Positions 44,511 to 53,256 of a DNA stretch of 59,693 nucleotides are shown one piece after another; positions within the stretch are counted from its first letter, which is position 1; the number at the start of each line of letters is the position of its first letter. Made by a program: the position numbers and the translations under genes. The DNA is from Thermoplasmatota archaeon. GTDB taxonomy: Archaea > Thermoplasmatota > E2 > JACPAO01 > JAHFTW01. The stretch lies in the NCBI GenBank assembly GCA_041601615.1, contig JBFIHX010000015.1, forward strand, positions 1 to 59,693. Direction: 5' to 3'. The notes below the pieces were generated by a model. That model was not told the origin of the DNA. It was given only the letters and a program-made list of their open reading frames with translations, and searched no databases.

Positions 44511-45374
44511 ATGCACCGGAGCCTGTTGGCCCTCCTGACACTCGTTTTGCTTGCGGCCCCCGCCGCGTCGGCACTCGAGGTATCGTTTACGGATGAAGAG
44601 TTCACGATTCCCGCCGATGGCAGCTACGAGTTGCCCGTCACCGTGAGCGCAACGTGCCAAGAAATCCTCGCCGGCACCACTTCGGTTTCCGTCAGCACCT
44701 CCGGCCTCCCTGACTACTTCGGCGCCGGCACCAACAGCGTGGACTTTGCTGCCACGGACTGCCTAGGCACGAGCACCACGGTGAGCAAGGCAACGGCACT
44801 GACCTTCACACCCACCTCGGCGGCGTTCGGACTCGAACCGCACGCGTTCCAAATCGTCGCCGGCAGCGTCACAGCCGACCACAAAAAGATGGCCCAAGTG
44901 AGCTACGTGGACGGCCACACGCTTGCCATGGACCAGACGTTCCCCTACAACATGACCGAAGCCGACGGCGGTGTCCTGACCTGGAACATCACCATCGACA
45001 TCCAGGCCAACAGCCAAACCATGGTCATGTTCCAAAACCTCCAGGCCAGCGTCGGAAAGCTCTCCGGCATCAACCACCAAATCTTCGACGTGGAATCCTC
45101 CGAAACCACGCGAACCTTGACGGCGAAATTCATCGCTCCTGACTTCGAGTGGACCGAGGCGATCATCAAGTTCTGGAACTACAGCCACTGCCTGAAGGGC
45201 ACGGACTGTCCGCCCACCAACAGCCAGAACATGACGTGGGTCATCACCAACCAAGCCGGCACCATCAACGGCACGCCCAACGACGACGGTAAGGAAAGCC
45301 CCGGTGTCGCTCCCGTCTTCGTCGGCCTCGTGCTGGTCGCCGCTACCCTCGTCGTGCGCCGCAGCAGCGCGTGA
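44511..45374 (+). CDS. secreted protein with PG-CTERM-like anchor
   Basis: Signal peptide; beta-rich; ESPG-TM-RR. Confidence 0.8.
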   Translation: MHRSLLALLTLVLLAAPAASALEVSFTDEEFTIPADGSYELPVTVSATCQEILAGTTSVSVSTSGLPDYFGAGTNSVDFAATDCLGTSTTVSKATALTFTPTSAAFGLEPHAFQIVAGSVTADHKKMAQVSYVDGHTLAMDQTFPYNMTEADGGVLTWNITIDIQANSQTMVMFQNLQASVGKLSGINHQIFDVESSETTRTLTAKFIAPDFEWTEAIIKFWNYSHCLKGTDCPPTNSQNMTWVITNQAGTINGTPNDDGKESPGVAPVFVGLVLVAATLVVRRSSA

Positions 45375-45808
45375 CCTGGCTGGCCAACGGACCCAGGCGC
45401 ACCGCCACCGGGTTCGTCATTCCCCAAGACGCCGTCCTGCCCGGACTCGTGAGCGGCAGCGAGGACTCTCTTCAGGTCGGCCACCGCGCCCGCATCCAAG
45501 GCGATGTGCAGCACAGGGGTGCCGTGGTGCTTGGTCGTGGCGTGCTCGTTCAGGGCTCGGTCGAAGGCGGGCATGAAGTGGTCGTTGGAGCCGGAACCCA
45601 CATCCAGGGCCCCGTTCGGGCCTCGGGCCGCGTCGTCGTGCAAGCCGGAGCCCAAGTAGACGGAGCAGTCACGGCCGGCGGCGACGTGTTGCTGCTGGGC
45701 GATTGCAAAGTGGGTGCCGTGACCGCCGGTGGCGACGTATTGGTGACGGGTGCGCCGGCAACGGGCGGGTTGAAGACGGCCGGGCGGGTTGTGACGAGGG
45801 CTTGGTAG
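45371..45808 (+). CDS. bactofilin-like (polymer-forming) beta-helix protein
   Basis: Repeated V/I-x-G-x-V-x-A-x-G-x-V beta-solenoid units; GTGA overlap with the upstream gene. Confidence 0.7.
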   Translation: MTWLANGPRRTATGFVIPQDAVLPGLVSGSEDSLQVGHRARIQGDVQHRGAVVLGRGVLVQGSVEGGHEVVVGAGTHIQGPVRASGRVVVQAGAQVDGAVTAGGDVLLLGDCKVGAVTAGGDVLVTGAPATGGLKTAGRVVTRAW

Positions 45809-45880
45809 CGACTATCCAAGCAGCACGATTCGCCGCCCCTCCGCCATGGGCTACTTGCACGCCCAGGCCCGCTACTTTGT

Positions 45881-46972
45881 TTAGGAACTGAGCGCGAACA
45901 TCCGCTCCAAATTCCGCTGCGCCCCTTCCAAAACCCCGGGTTCGATCTCGATGATTTGGTCGGGCGTCGGCGCTTGCAACGCCTGCAAGATGTGCGTCAA
46001 GTCGGTGCGCTTCATGTGCGGGCAGAGGACACAGGCGCCCATGATGTTGAGTTTGGGCATTTCGGCGCGCATTCGATCAGCGGTGCCGCATTCGGTGACG
46101 GTCATGACGTCTACTTTGCCTCGCGCTTCGAGTTGGCGGGCGTAGTCCATCATTTTCTCGGTGCTGCCAATAAAATCGGCTTCGTCGAGCACGTCGCTGC
46201 CACACTCCGGATGCACGAGGACGGTGAGGTCGCGGCCTTCGCGGGCGGCACTCTCTTTCCAGGCTTGGACGGAGGCGCCGGTGAAGCGATCGTGGACTTC
46301 ACAGGTTGCGTCGAAGATGTGCACGGTCTTCTTGCCCGCGAGTGCCTTTTGCAAGTGGGCTCCCATGAAGGCGTCGGGGACGAAAATGAGCTCGTCGCCC
46401 GGGAGTTTCTCGCAGATTTCCAGGTAGTTGCTGCTGGTGACGCTGGCGTCGCATTCGGCTTTGACGGCGGCGGTGGTGTTGATGTAGCAGACGACCGGGA
46501 CGCCGGGGTGCCTGGCGCGAAGGGCGCGGACGTCTTCGGGCGTGATGCCGTCGGCAAGACTGCAACCGGCCTCGGGTGTCGGGTGCAGGACGGTCTTGGA
46601 GGGGTTGACGATTTTGGCGGTCTCAGCCATGAACCGGACACTACTGAACAGAATCGTCGATTCGGTGCGTTCCTTGGCGATTTTGGCCAGTCCGTAGGAG
46701 TCGCCCACGGCGTCCGCGACTCCGTAGATGATGTCCGGGGTTTGGTAGGAGTGGGCGAGGATGAAGCAGTCGCGTTGGGCCTTGAGTTGGTTGATTTCCA
46801 GGGTCAAGGGTGCGATGAGGCGGCAAGCATCGAGGTCCCAGCGATCCGGCTGGCCAATGGCGGCAAGCAACCGGTCTGCCTCCGTGTGCAACTGGGTTTC
46901 GGTCCACGGCGACGCGATGGTGGCGCTGGGTCGGGGGATTTGCGGCAGCGTCCGGGACAGCAGGTTGGCCAT
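45881..46972 (-). CDS. nadA: quinolinate synthase
   Basis: ILAHSYQ, GDS, FMAETAK, AGCSLAD, YINT, CEVH, HPEC, CPHMK. Confidence 0.94.
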   Translation of the reverse strand: MANLLSRTLPQIPRPSATIASPWTETQLHTEADRLLAAIGQPDRWDLDACRLIAPLTLEINQLKAQRDCFILAHSYQTPDIIYGVADAVGDSYGLAKIAKERTESTILFSSVRFMAETAKIVNPSKTVLHPTPEAGCSLADGITPEDVRALRARHPGVPVVCYINTTAAVKAECDASVTSSNYLEICEKLPGDELIFVPDAFMGAHLQKALAGKKTVHIFDATCEVHDRFTGASVQAWKESAAREGRDLTVLVHPECGSDVLDEADFIGSTEKMMDYARQLEARGKVDVMTVTECGTADRMRAEMPKLNIMGACVLCPHMKRTDLTHILQALQAPTPDQIIEIEPGVLEGAQRNLERMFALSS

Positions 46973-47041
46973 GGTCTACTCTGGGCTGGGCCCAAGCGTG
47001 GCTGGGTGAACCTGCATGAAAATGCTTTGCTCGTGGCAGCC

Positions 47042-47431
47042 TTAAGAGGTGGCGATCAGGTTTTCCAGGACCGGTTCAAGGCCTGCAAGGTACAGGATGA
47101 TGAACGGGTCGATGCCGTAGCCTCCGAGAATGTCGCCGCTGCCGCGCTCGATGCTCACTTGCGCGAACCATTGGCAGACGCTGGTGGCTGCCACGAAGTA
47201 GTGGTCTTGGTCCGCTGCTTCCACATCGGCGCCGCCGCCCACCACGGGGCAATTGCAGCCACATTGGGGTGTTGCGAATGTGTAGGTGTCCTCCAGTTGG
47301 CCGTCGCCGTCGCGGTCGGTCACGCTGTGCTCGATGAGTCCAGGGTTCACGATGGTCGGATCTGCTGCTGCGGCGCCTTGGACGGACAGAGAGGCGAGCA
47401 GAGTTAGGGTCAGGATGGCGAGGATGCGCAT
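47042..47431 (-). CDS. small secreted Cys-containing protein
   Basis: Signal peptide; DRDGDG; CGCNCP. Confidence 0.65.
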   Translation of the reverse strand: MRILAILTLTLLASLSVQGAAAADPTIVNPGLIEHSVTDRDGDGQLEDTYTFATPQCGCNCPVVGGGADVEAADQDHYFVAATSVCQWFAQVSIERGSGDILGGYGIDPFIILYLAGLEPVLENLIATS

Positions 47432-47514
47432 AGGATTCACCTTCGCTTGGATTGACTTCCTCTCGTTATGCGTTGGCCTGCGTACCTTCGGTATCTAGGG
47501 ACGAGTGGGGATGC

Positions 47515-47742
47515 TCAGCATAGATATCGGCACACTGTGCGGGCCCAGACACCGCCGGCGGCGGGGATGTATCGCGTGCAGAGTTCTTCGTAGCCTGGCT
47601 CGCAGTACCAAAGACAGGGGTCGAACGGGCCGTATTCGGGCGTACAACTGGTCGCTTGTTCTTGGAGCGTGGACGCGGTGGCGGCGGGGGCGAGAGCGAT
47701 TGTGGCGAGCAGAAAGATTGCGAGGGTTGCATGAGTGCGCAT
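47515..47742 (-). CDS. small secreted 6-Cys peptide
   Basis: Signal peptide, then about 52-aa mature region with six Cys. Confidence 0.6.
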   Translation of the reverse strand: MRTHATLAIFLLATIALAPAATASTLQEQATSCTPEYGPFDPCLWYCEPGYEELCTRYIPAAGGVWARTVCRYLC

Positions 47743-47886
47743 GGTGGATGCCTCAGCGTGGGCATTGCGCTGGCAGGGATTGAATGTTATCAGGGGACTT
47801 CTGCGAAACTACCTCGCATTTGGCATCGCTGTTGGGCTCGTCGCCTCCCCGGCGCCCTCTTATCGGGCCTCCGTCTCGCGCGCTCG

Positions 47887-50145
47887 ATGGCCTTCGACAT
47901 CGTGGATCGTGCCGCCGCTGGACGCATCGGTCGCTTTGGGACCGCCCACGGAAACGTCACGACGCCTACCTTGATGCCGGTGGTCAATCCGAACATCGAT
48001 CTTGTCAGCCCCAAGGAGATGCGCGACCGCTTCGGCTGCGAGATGGTCATCACCAATTCCTACGTCATCCACAAGCACGATCACCTGCGCGAACAGGCCT
48101 TGGCCGAGGGCGTGCACAAGGTAATCGACTGGGACGGCCCCGTCATGACCGACAGCGGCACGTTCCAAATGTACGTGTACGGCGACGTGGAAGTCGGGCC
48201 CAACGAAATTGTGGAATTCCAGAAGAACATGGGCGTGGACGTTGCGACCTGCCTCGACTTGTTCGTCACACCCGACATGACGCGCGAGGAAGCCGAGCAC
48301 GCCGTGGCAACGACCTTGGAGCGAACAGCGGCAGCCGCCAAACTCATGCGCGGCGATGGAACCACGCCCGGAATCGACCCCGAAGGCAAGTCGCTCATCA
48401 ATGCCACCGTGCAAGGAGGCCTACACGCAGATCTGCGCCAAGCCTGCGCCGCTGCCTACCGCGATTTACCGGTCGAATACCACACCATTGGCGGCGTCGT
48501 CCCCGTGATGGAGCGCCAAATGTACCCTGATTTGGTGGACATCATTCTCAACAGCCAGCAATACATGCGCAAGGACCGGCCCGTGCATTTGTTTGGCGCC
48601 GGACACCCCCTCGTGTTCCCGCTGGCCACCGCCCTCGGTTGCGACTTGTTCGACTCCTCCTCCTATGCAAAGTACGCCAAGGACGGCCGCATCATGACCC
48701 CCGGCGGCACGCTCAAAGTCGCCGAACTCACGGAATTCCCCTTCAGCAGCCGCGACCTCGACAAGTGGACGCCGGCCGAACTCAACAAGGCGCTGCGCAG
48801 CCGCCCCAAGAAGGGCATCGCGGCGCGCGGCTCCGAATCCTGGGAAGCCGAACGCGCCATTGCCCTTTGGAACCTCGACGTCTGCTTCACCGACATGCGC
48901 CGCATCCGACAAGCAATCCGCGACGGCATGCTCTGGGAACTTGTCGAACAGCGCGCCGCGTGCCACCCTATGTTGGCTGCCGCCACGCGCCGCCTAGGAG
49001 AACCAGCAGCACAGAAATGGCTCGAAGAACGCGAGCCCACCAGCAGCATCAAGGCACTCCGCTACACGGGTGGCCTCACGCATCGCCGTCCGATGTTTCG
49101 CCGCATCCACGAGCGCCTCCAAGATCGCTTTGTCCCCATCGGCACCGTGGCCGAATCTGATCTCGACACCCACCATGCAGCAGCCGGCGAAGAGAAACGC
49201 GAAGCGGCGATGCACAAAGAGCCCAAGAACAAGCCCTACGGCGACGCACTCGGCGCAAAATTGGACCCCGAACAAGACCACGTCGTCATCAGCGGCCTCG
49301 GCCCCGTCCCGCTCGGACTCGACGAAGCCTATCCATTTAGCCAAAGCCACATTCCGCGCCTCGCGGACCTCGACCCCCAGCACATGGGATGGGTTGGCAG
49401 CGCCAAGGATGGATTCCTCGCCGCCCACGACCTGATGCCCGGAATCCCTGGCCCCGGCCTCCCCGGCGCCCGTCTCGACCGCGACTTCCTGCAAGTGCTG
49501 CGCACCGCCGACTACCAATTTGGAGCAGGCGCCGGCCTCGCCTTGACCGGTGCCTGGAGCGCCGAGCGGGTGCGCGAAGCCGTCGTCACCCGAGGTGCGC
49601 TTGTCACGACCACACCCGAGGAGCGTGTGCGTGCCTTCTCCGGCATCGACGTTACCGGACAAAGCGAAGCCCACGCAGACGAACCCGAAGCGCCCGCCCC
49701 TGCAGCGCCCGGGCCCCAAACGCCCCTCGTGCCCCTTGGCGAAACGGTCTCCCGCAGCCCCGATTTCAGCACGGAAAGCAGCAAAGCGACGCTGAAATTG
49801 CGCACCGTCGCGCTTGGCGCCGACCACGTCCTCAGTCTACGCGCCGGAGACGGCCTCTGGACACTCAAAGTGGCAGGCGCCAAAATTCTCCACCAAGCGC
49901 TCCCATCTCCAGCCAATCGAGTGGTGGTTCATGCCGACAGTGTGCCGTTCAACCGCGACGGCAAATCGGTATTCGCCCAATTCGTACTCGACTGCGACCC
50001 GGCACTCAGGCCCGGAGACGAATGCCTCGTCGTCGACGAAGCCGACAACCTCCTAGCCGTGGGCCGCGTGCTCCTGAACCGAGAGGAAATGCAGGATTTC
50101 CAATCCGGCGCAGCAGTCAAGGTGCGCGAAGGAATTCCCGAATAG
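47887..50145 (+). CDS. tgtA: tRNA-guanine(15) transglycosylase (archaeosine TGT) with PUA domain
   Basis: TPTLMPV, ITNSY, MTDSGTFQ, VQGG, GGVVP, HLFGAGHP, DLFDSSSY; C-terminal GKSVFAQFV...LRPGDE PUA domain. Confidence 0.93.
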   Translation: MAFDIVDRAAAGRIGRFGTAHGNVTTPTLMPVVNPNIDLVSPKEMRDRFGCEMVITNSYVIHKHDHLREQALAEGVHKVIDWDGPVMTDSGTFQMYVYGDVEVGPNEIVEFQKNMGVDVATCLDLFVTPDMTREEAEHAVATTLERTAAAAKLMRGDGTTPGIDPEGKSLINATVQGGLHADLRQACAAAYRDLPVEYHTIGGVVPVMERQMYPDLVDIILNSQQYMRKDRPVHLFGAGHPLVFPLATALGCDLFDSSSYAKYAKDGRIMTPGGTLKVAELTEFPFSSRDLDKWTPAELNKALRSRPKKGIAARGSESWEAERAIALWNLDVCFTDMRRIRQAIRDGMLWELVEQRAACHPMLAAATRRLGEPAAQKWLEEREPTSSIKALRYTGGLTHRRPMFRRIHERLQDRFVPIGTVAESDLDTHHAAAGEEKREAAMHKEPKNKPYGDALGAKLDPEQDHVVISGLGPVPLGLDEAYPFSQSHIPRLADLDPQHMGWVGSAKDGFLAAHDLMPGIPGPGLPGARLDRDFLQVLRTADYQFGAGAGLALTGAWSAERVREAVVTRGALVTTTPEERVRAFSGIDVTGQSEAHADEPEAPAPAAPGPQTPLVPLGETVSRSPDFSTESSKATLKLRTVALGADHVLSLRAGDGLWTLKVAGAKILHQALPSPANRVVVHADSVPFNRDGKSVFAQFVLDCDPALRPGDECLVVDEADNLLAVGRVLLNREEMQDFQSGAAVKVREGIPE

Positions 50146-50154
50146 CCGCACTCA

Positions 50155-50251
50155 AGCTGCGATCGAGCAAAACTCCAGGCCAGCTCCACCCCGGAGCCCT
50201 CGAGCGGTGCCTCGAGGGAGTTCACAATGCTCGATTTTCAGAGCCGCAGCT
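50155..50251. other. nested multi-stem structured intergenic segment
   Basis: AGCTGCG/CGCAGCT, ATCGAGCA/TGCTCGAT, AACTCC/GGAGTT, GCTCC/GGAGC, CCCTCGAG/CTCGAGGG. Confidence 0.5.
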
Positions 50252-50285
50252 GACTGAACTACAACTTTGGTCGCACGAAATGGAA

Positions 50286-50354
50286 CGCCCCGGGTCGTCG
50301 CGCGAAGCGCGGCGGCCCCTCTGGGGTGTTCCGAGGGCGTGAAACGCCCTAGGC
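50286..50354 (+). repeat. dispersed 69-bp double-hairpin element, copy A
   Basis: 52/69 ungapped identity to the reverse complement of 59568-59636, with compensatory changes. Confidence 0.8.
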
Positions 50355-51011
50355 GTGGAAGCTCATCGGGAGCTTCATCGCTTTGTGCCGCTTCTCGATC
50401 TCCTTTTCGTCAAGGCGGCGGAATCCGTTCTGGTCCACCACGGCCACATCCATGCCGTTGCCACTGGCGCTGTCGCGGCGCATCGATGCATTGAGGCCTC
50501 GAATGGCAAGGTCCACTGCGTCCTTGACTTTCGCGCCCTCCTCGAAGCGGTCTTCGAAGACACCATACACGAAGGGGCTGCCGCTGCCGGTGCAGGTCCA
50601 AGTCTCGGGAATGGCGCCACCTGCGGAATCGATGCTGTAGATGCTGCCGCCGCGTTGGTCGTAACCCCCAACGATGAGCTGGACGTAATACGGCATGAAC
50701 TTGGAATGGTTCAGCAAATTGCCAATCATGGTCGCCGCGCCACGCACCGGGAGCGCTTGGTCCCGCTTGAGCCGATACAAGCTGGCTTGGGCCTGCAAGT
50801 TCCGGGCGAGCATCTGCGCGTCGCCGACAAGGCCCGCAGTGGTGAGCGCCAAGTGGCGGTCCACTTCGAAGAGCTTCTGGGTGTTCTTGTGGCCAATCAG
50901 GTGGCCCATGGTTGCCCGCTTCTCGGTTGCGAGCACGACCCCGTCCTCGCAGGCAATGGCGAGGGTGGTGGTGCCGGTCTTCATGGCCTGGGGGGCTTCC
51001 TTTGCGTCCAT
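50349..51011 (-). CDS. psmB: proteasome subunit beta
   Basis: KTG/TTT processing site, RATMG, AGLVGDAQ, GSGS, RDSASG. Confidence 0.95.
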   Translation of the reverse strand: MDAKEAPQAMKTGTTTLAIACEDGVVLATEKRATMGHLIGHKNTQKLFEVDRHLALTTAGLVGDAQMLARNLQAQASLYRLKRDQALPVRGAATMIGNLLNHSKFMPYYVQLIVGGYDQRGGSIYSIDSAGGAIPETWTCTGSGSPFVYGVFEDRFEEGAKVKDAVDLAIRGLNASMRRDSASGNGMDVAVVDQNGFRRLDEKEIEKRHKAMKLPMSFHA

Positions 51012-51125
51012 GGGATGAGTCCCCAACGGGCGAGCTTCGTATGTAAGCGTGCCCGGTGTGGGTGGTGCCTGCGAGCCCCGCCCCGTGGCAAAGCGTTCAA
51101 AAACCGACAAAACCGTGGGCGAAGT

Positions 51126-51611
51126 ATGCGCGTGCTTGTGGCGATCTTTGCTGCGATCGGATTGCTGAGCTTGTCTATGGTGGCTGCCCACGGAGACGGA
51201 CCCAAAACCTTGCTGCTGACTGATCAAGGCTGCTCCCTCACCGATCCACCTTGTTTCATCGCCAACGATGGCGCCACAGTGGAGGCAGGCAGCAACACCG
51301 TCCAGATCAAGAATAGCCTCGCCACCACAGCCTACGCGATGATCCACTTGGATGCCAAGGGGAGCCCTGGCGCCATGATTGCCGGCGCCGAAGCCATCGC
51401 GCCCGGAGCCACCGTCGCGTTTTCCTTTGACGTACCTGCGGACTCCACCGGCGTCTGGTTTATGGCCCTCGAAGACGGCGAGGAGTCCGCCCGGTTGTAC
51501 GGCGGCATGGAAAACCCGCACACGGAGGCTTCCAAAGACAGCCCCGGCGTGGGAGCCGCGTTGCTTCTCGGCGTGCTCGGACTTTTCGTCATCGCTTCCA
51601 GGCGGTCGTAA
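51126..51611 (+). CDS. secreted beta-sandwich (cupredoxin-like) protein with PG-CTERM-like anchor
   Basis: Signal peptide; IAPGATVAFSF; DSPG-TM-RRS. Confidence 0.7.
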   Translation: MRVLVAIFAAIGLLSLSMVAAHGDGPKTLLLTDQGCSLTDPPCFIANDGATVEAGSNTVQIKNSLATTAYAMIHLDAKGSPGAMIAGAEAIAPGATVAFSFDVPADSTGVWFMALEDGEESARLYGGMENPHTEASKDSPGVGAALLLGVLGLFVIASRRS

Positions 51612-51642
51612 GCCCTATCCGGGGCGCCGACTCGGCGCAAGC

Positions 51643-52425
51643 GTGCACACGGTTGTGGTCTGCATCGGCACCAGTCACCCGGGCAACGTTGGCGCCATCG
51701 CGCGTGGCGCTGCCAATTTCGGCGTTACGGACCTCCGTTTCGTCTCGCCGCGTTGCGATGTCCGATGCCAGGAAGCCCTTGATCGCGCAGTTCACGCCAA
51801 ACAGAGCCTCCTTGACGCAATGGTCTGCGATTCACTCGAGGAAGCACTGGAAGGTGTGAGTCTGTCCGTGGGGACGACGGCCCGCTACACCACCGCAGAC
51901 AACCGCTTTCTTCGCAAACCCATGGATGTCCGCGACTGGACAGAAACCCTCGCGGACTGGGACGGGACGCTCGGGCTTGTGTTTGGTCGTGAAGATTCGG
52001 GCTTGAATGCGGAGGAAGTGAACGCTCTCGACCAATTGGTTACGGTGCCCACTTCCGAGTACAGCAGTTTGAACCTCGCCCACGCGGTGACATTGCTCTG
52101 CTACGAGGCGTTCCGCATGAGCGCTGACCGTGTGGAATGGGAGCGCACGCTAGCACCGGATACGTTGGGATCCATGAACCAGGCATGGGACGACATCGTC
52201 GAATGCACGGAGGCTCGGACATGGCGGCGAGACGTCGCACGAGGCATCTGGCGCAAGATCATCGGGCGCAGCACACCTTCGGACTATGAAGTGCACAACA
52301 TCATGGGCATCCTGGGCAACGTCCTGAAACGGTTCGACCACCCGGATTGGCGCACGGAAGCCAGCAGCCGGAAAGTGCATCGCGACGGGCTCTTTGCAGA
52401 ATCGGTTGGCTCTGAAGAGGAGTAA
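51643..52425 (+). CDS. trmJ: tRNA 2'-O-methyltransferase TrmJ (SPOUT)
   Basis: HPGNVGAIAR, VGTTAR, VFGREDSGL, YSSLNLAHAV. Confidence 0.88.
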   Translation: MHTVVVCIGTSHPGNVGAIARGAANFGVTDLRFVSPRCDVRCQEALDRAVHAKQSLLDAMVCDSLEEALEGVSLSVGTTARYTTADNRFLRKPMDVRDWTETLADWDGTLGLVFGREDSGLNAEEVNALDQLVTVPTSEYSSLNLAHAVTLLCYEAFRMSADRVEWERTLAPDTLGSMNQAWDDIVECTEARTWRRDVARGIWRKIIGRSTPSDYEVHNIMGILGNVLKRFDHPDWRTEASSRKVHRDGLFAESVGSEEE

Positions 52426-52800
52426 CTAGAGGCATACCTCCTGTCGTGGGTCCAGCGTAAGAATTCCGTCTGGGTCCTCGTTGGCTGCAGCAAGAATGGC
52501 AGCGTCCGCAAAGGAGATCTCCGGGTGGGCTCGATAGATTTCGCGGGCGTCCGGGCCTTGATCGAATTGGACCATGGGCAATTCCTCCAATGCGGCGAGC
52601 GTTTTTCGGGCTGCCAATTGGGCGCCTTGTTCGCCATCCATGCGTCGCCGCCGGTGCACCACCACCTGAAGCAGTTCATGGAGGGCTGCTTGTGGGATGG
52701 TCAATGTCTGAACTTGCTCTGCGGTTGCGCGGGCGTCCTGGTGGCGAGGATCGTGCGGATCAACGAATGCCAGAAGCCAGGAGGTGTCACAAGTCGGCAT
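52426..52800 (-). CDS. vapC: PIN-domain toxin
   Basis: DTS, E, SFADA, TLD acidic quartet; GGAGGTG RBS. Confidence 0.85.
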   Translation of the reverse strand: MPTCDTSWLLAFVDPHDPRHQDARATAEQVQTLTIPQAALHELLQVVVHRRRRMDGEQGAQLAARKTLAALEELPMVQFDQGPDAREIYRAHPEISFADAAILAAANEDPDGILTLDPRQEVCL

Positions 52801-53035
52801 ACGCCACCTCCCCTGCGTGGATGTCGTGCCGACTGCGGGCATTGCCACCAAGGGGCACGAACGGGAACCGTGCGACTGCCTTCTTCTGACTCCAAGGCAG
52901 GACCGCAATCTCGACCTCCTGTTCTGGCAGAATCCCTAGGTGGTCCATTTCATGGCTGGACAGTCGGATCACGCAGCCTTCCGGTGCTGGTTCGATTCGT
53001 CTGCGCCCGGGCAAAGGTTGTAGCATCAAGGCCAT
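52787..53035 (-). CDS. putative AbrB-like antitoxin (VapB)
   Basis: 82 aa, VIRL...LGI.....VEI pattern; overlaps the PIN start. Confidence 0.6.
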   Translation of the reverse strand: MALMLQPLPGRRRIEPAPEGCVIRLSSHEMDHLGILPEQEVEIAVLPWSQKKAVARFPFVPLGGNARSRHDIHAGEVAYADL

Positions 53036-53256
53036 GCAAAGCCCAACATCCTGTCAAACAGAAGCGCTTGCCCAAGAGAGGTCAGTGAACTCGCACACTT
53101 CTTGGTATCTAGGCTGGCGCACATTGCGGGAGGCGCGAGGAAGGAAGAAGCGGGCCCACGTCGGAACCCGGCGAGGTTCCACGATAGAAATTCCTCGCTG
53201 TAGGGATGCAATCAAAACGCCCCAACCCTGAAGTCCCTGCCCCCCTCGCCGCAGCC

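Noticed and set aside
41948-46972. nadA-nadX-nadC plus PPS as a novel pathway
   Set aside because: Standard archaeal de novo NAD route and CoA enzyme
52426-53035. VapBC pair as a marker of a mobile element
   Set aside because: No transposase, integrase or terminal repeats nearby; stand-alone TA pairs are common in archaea
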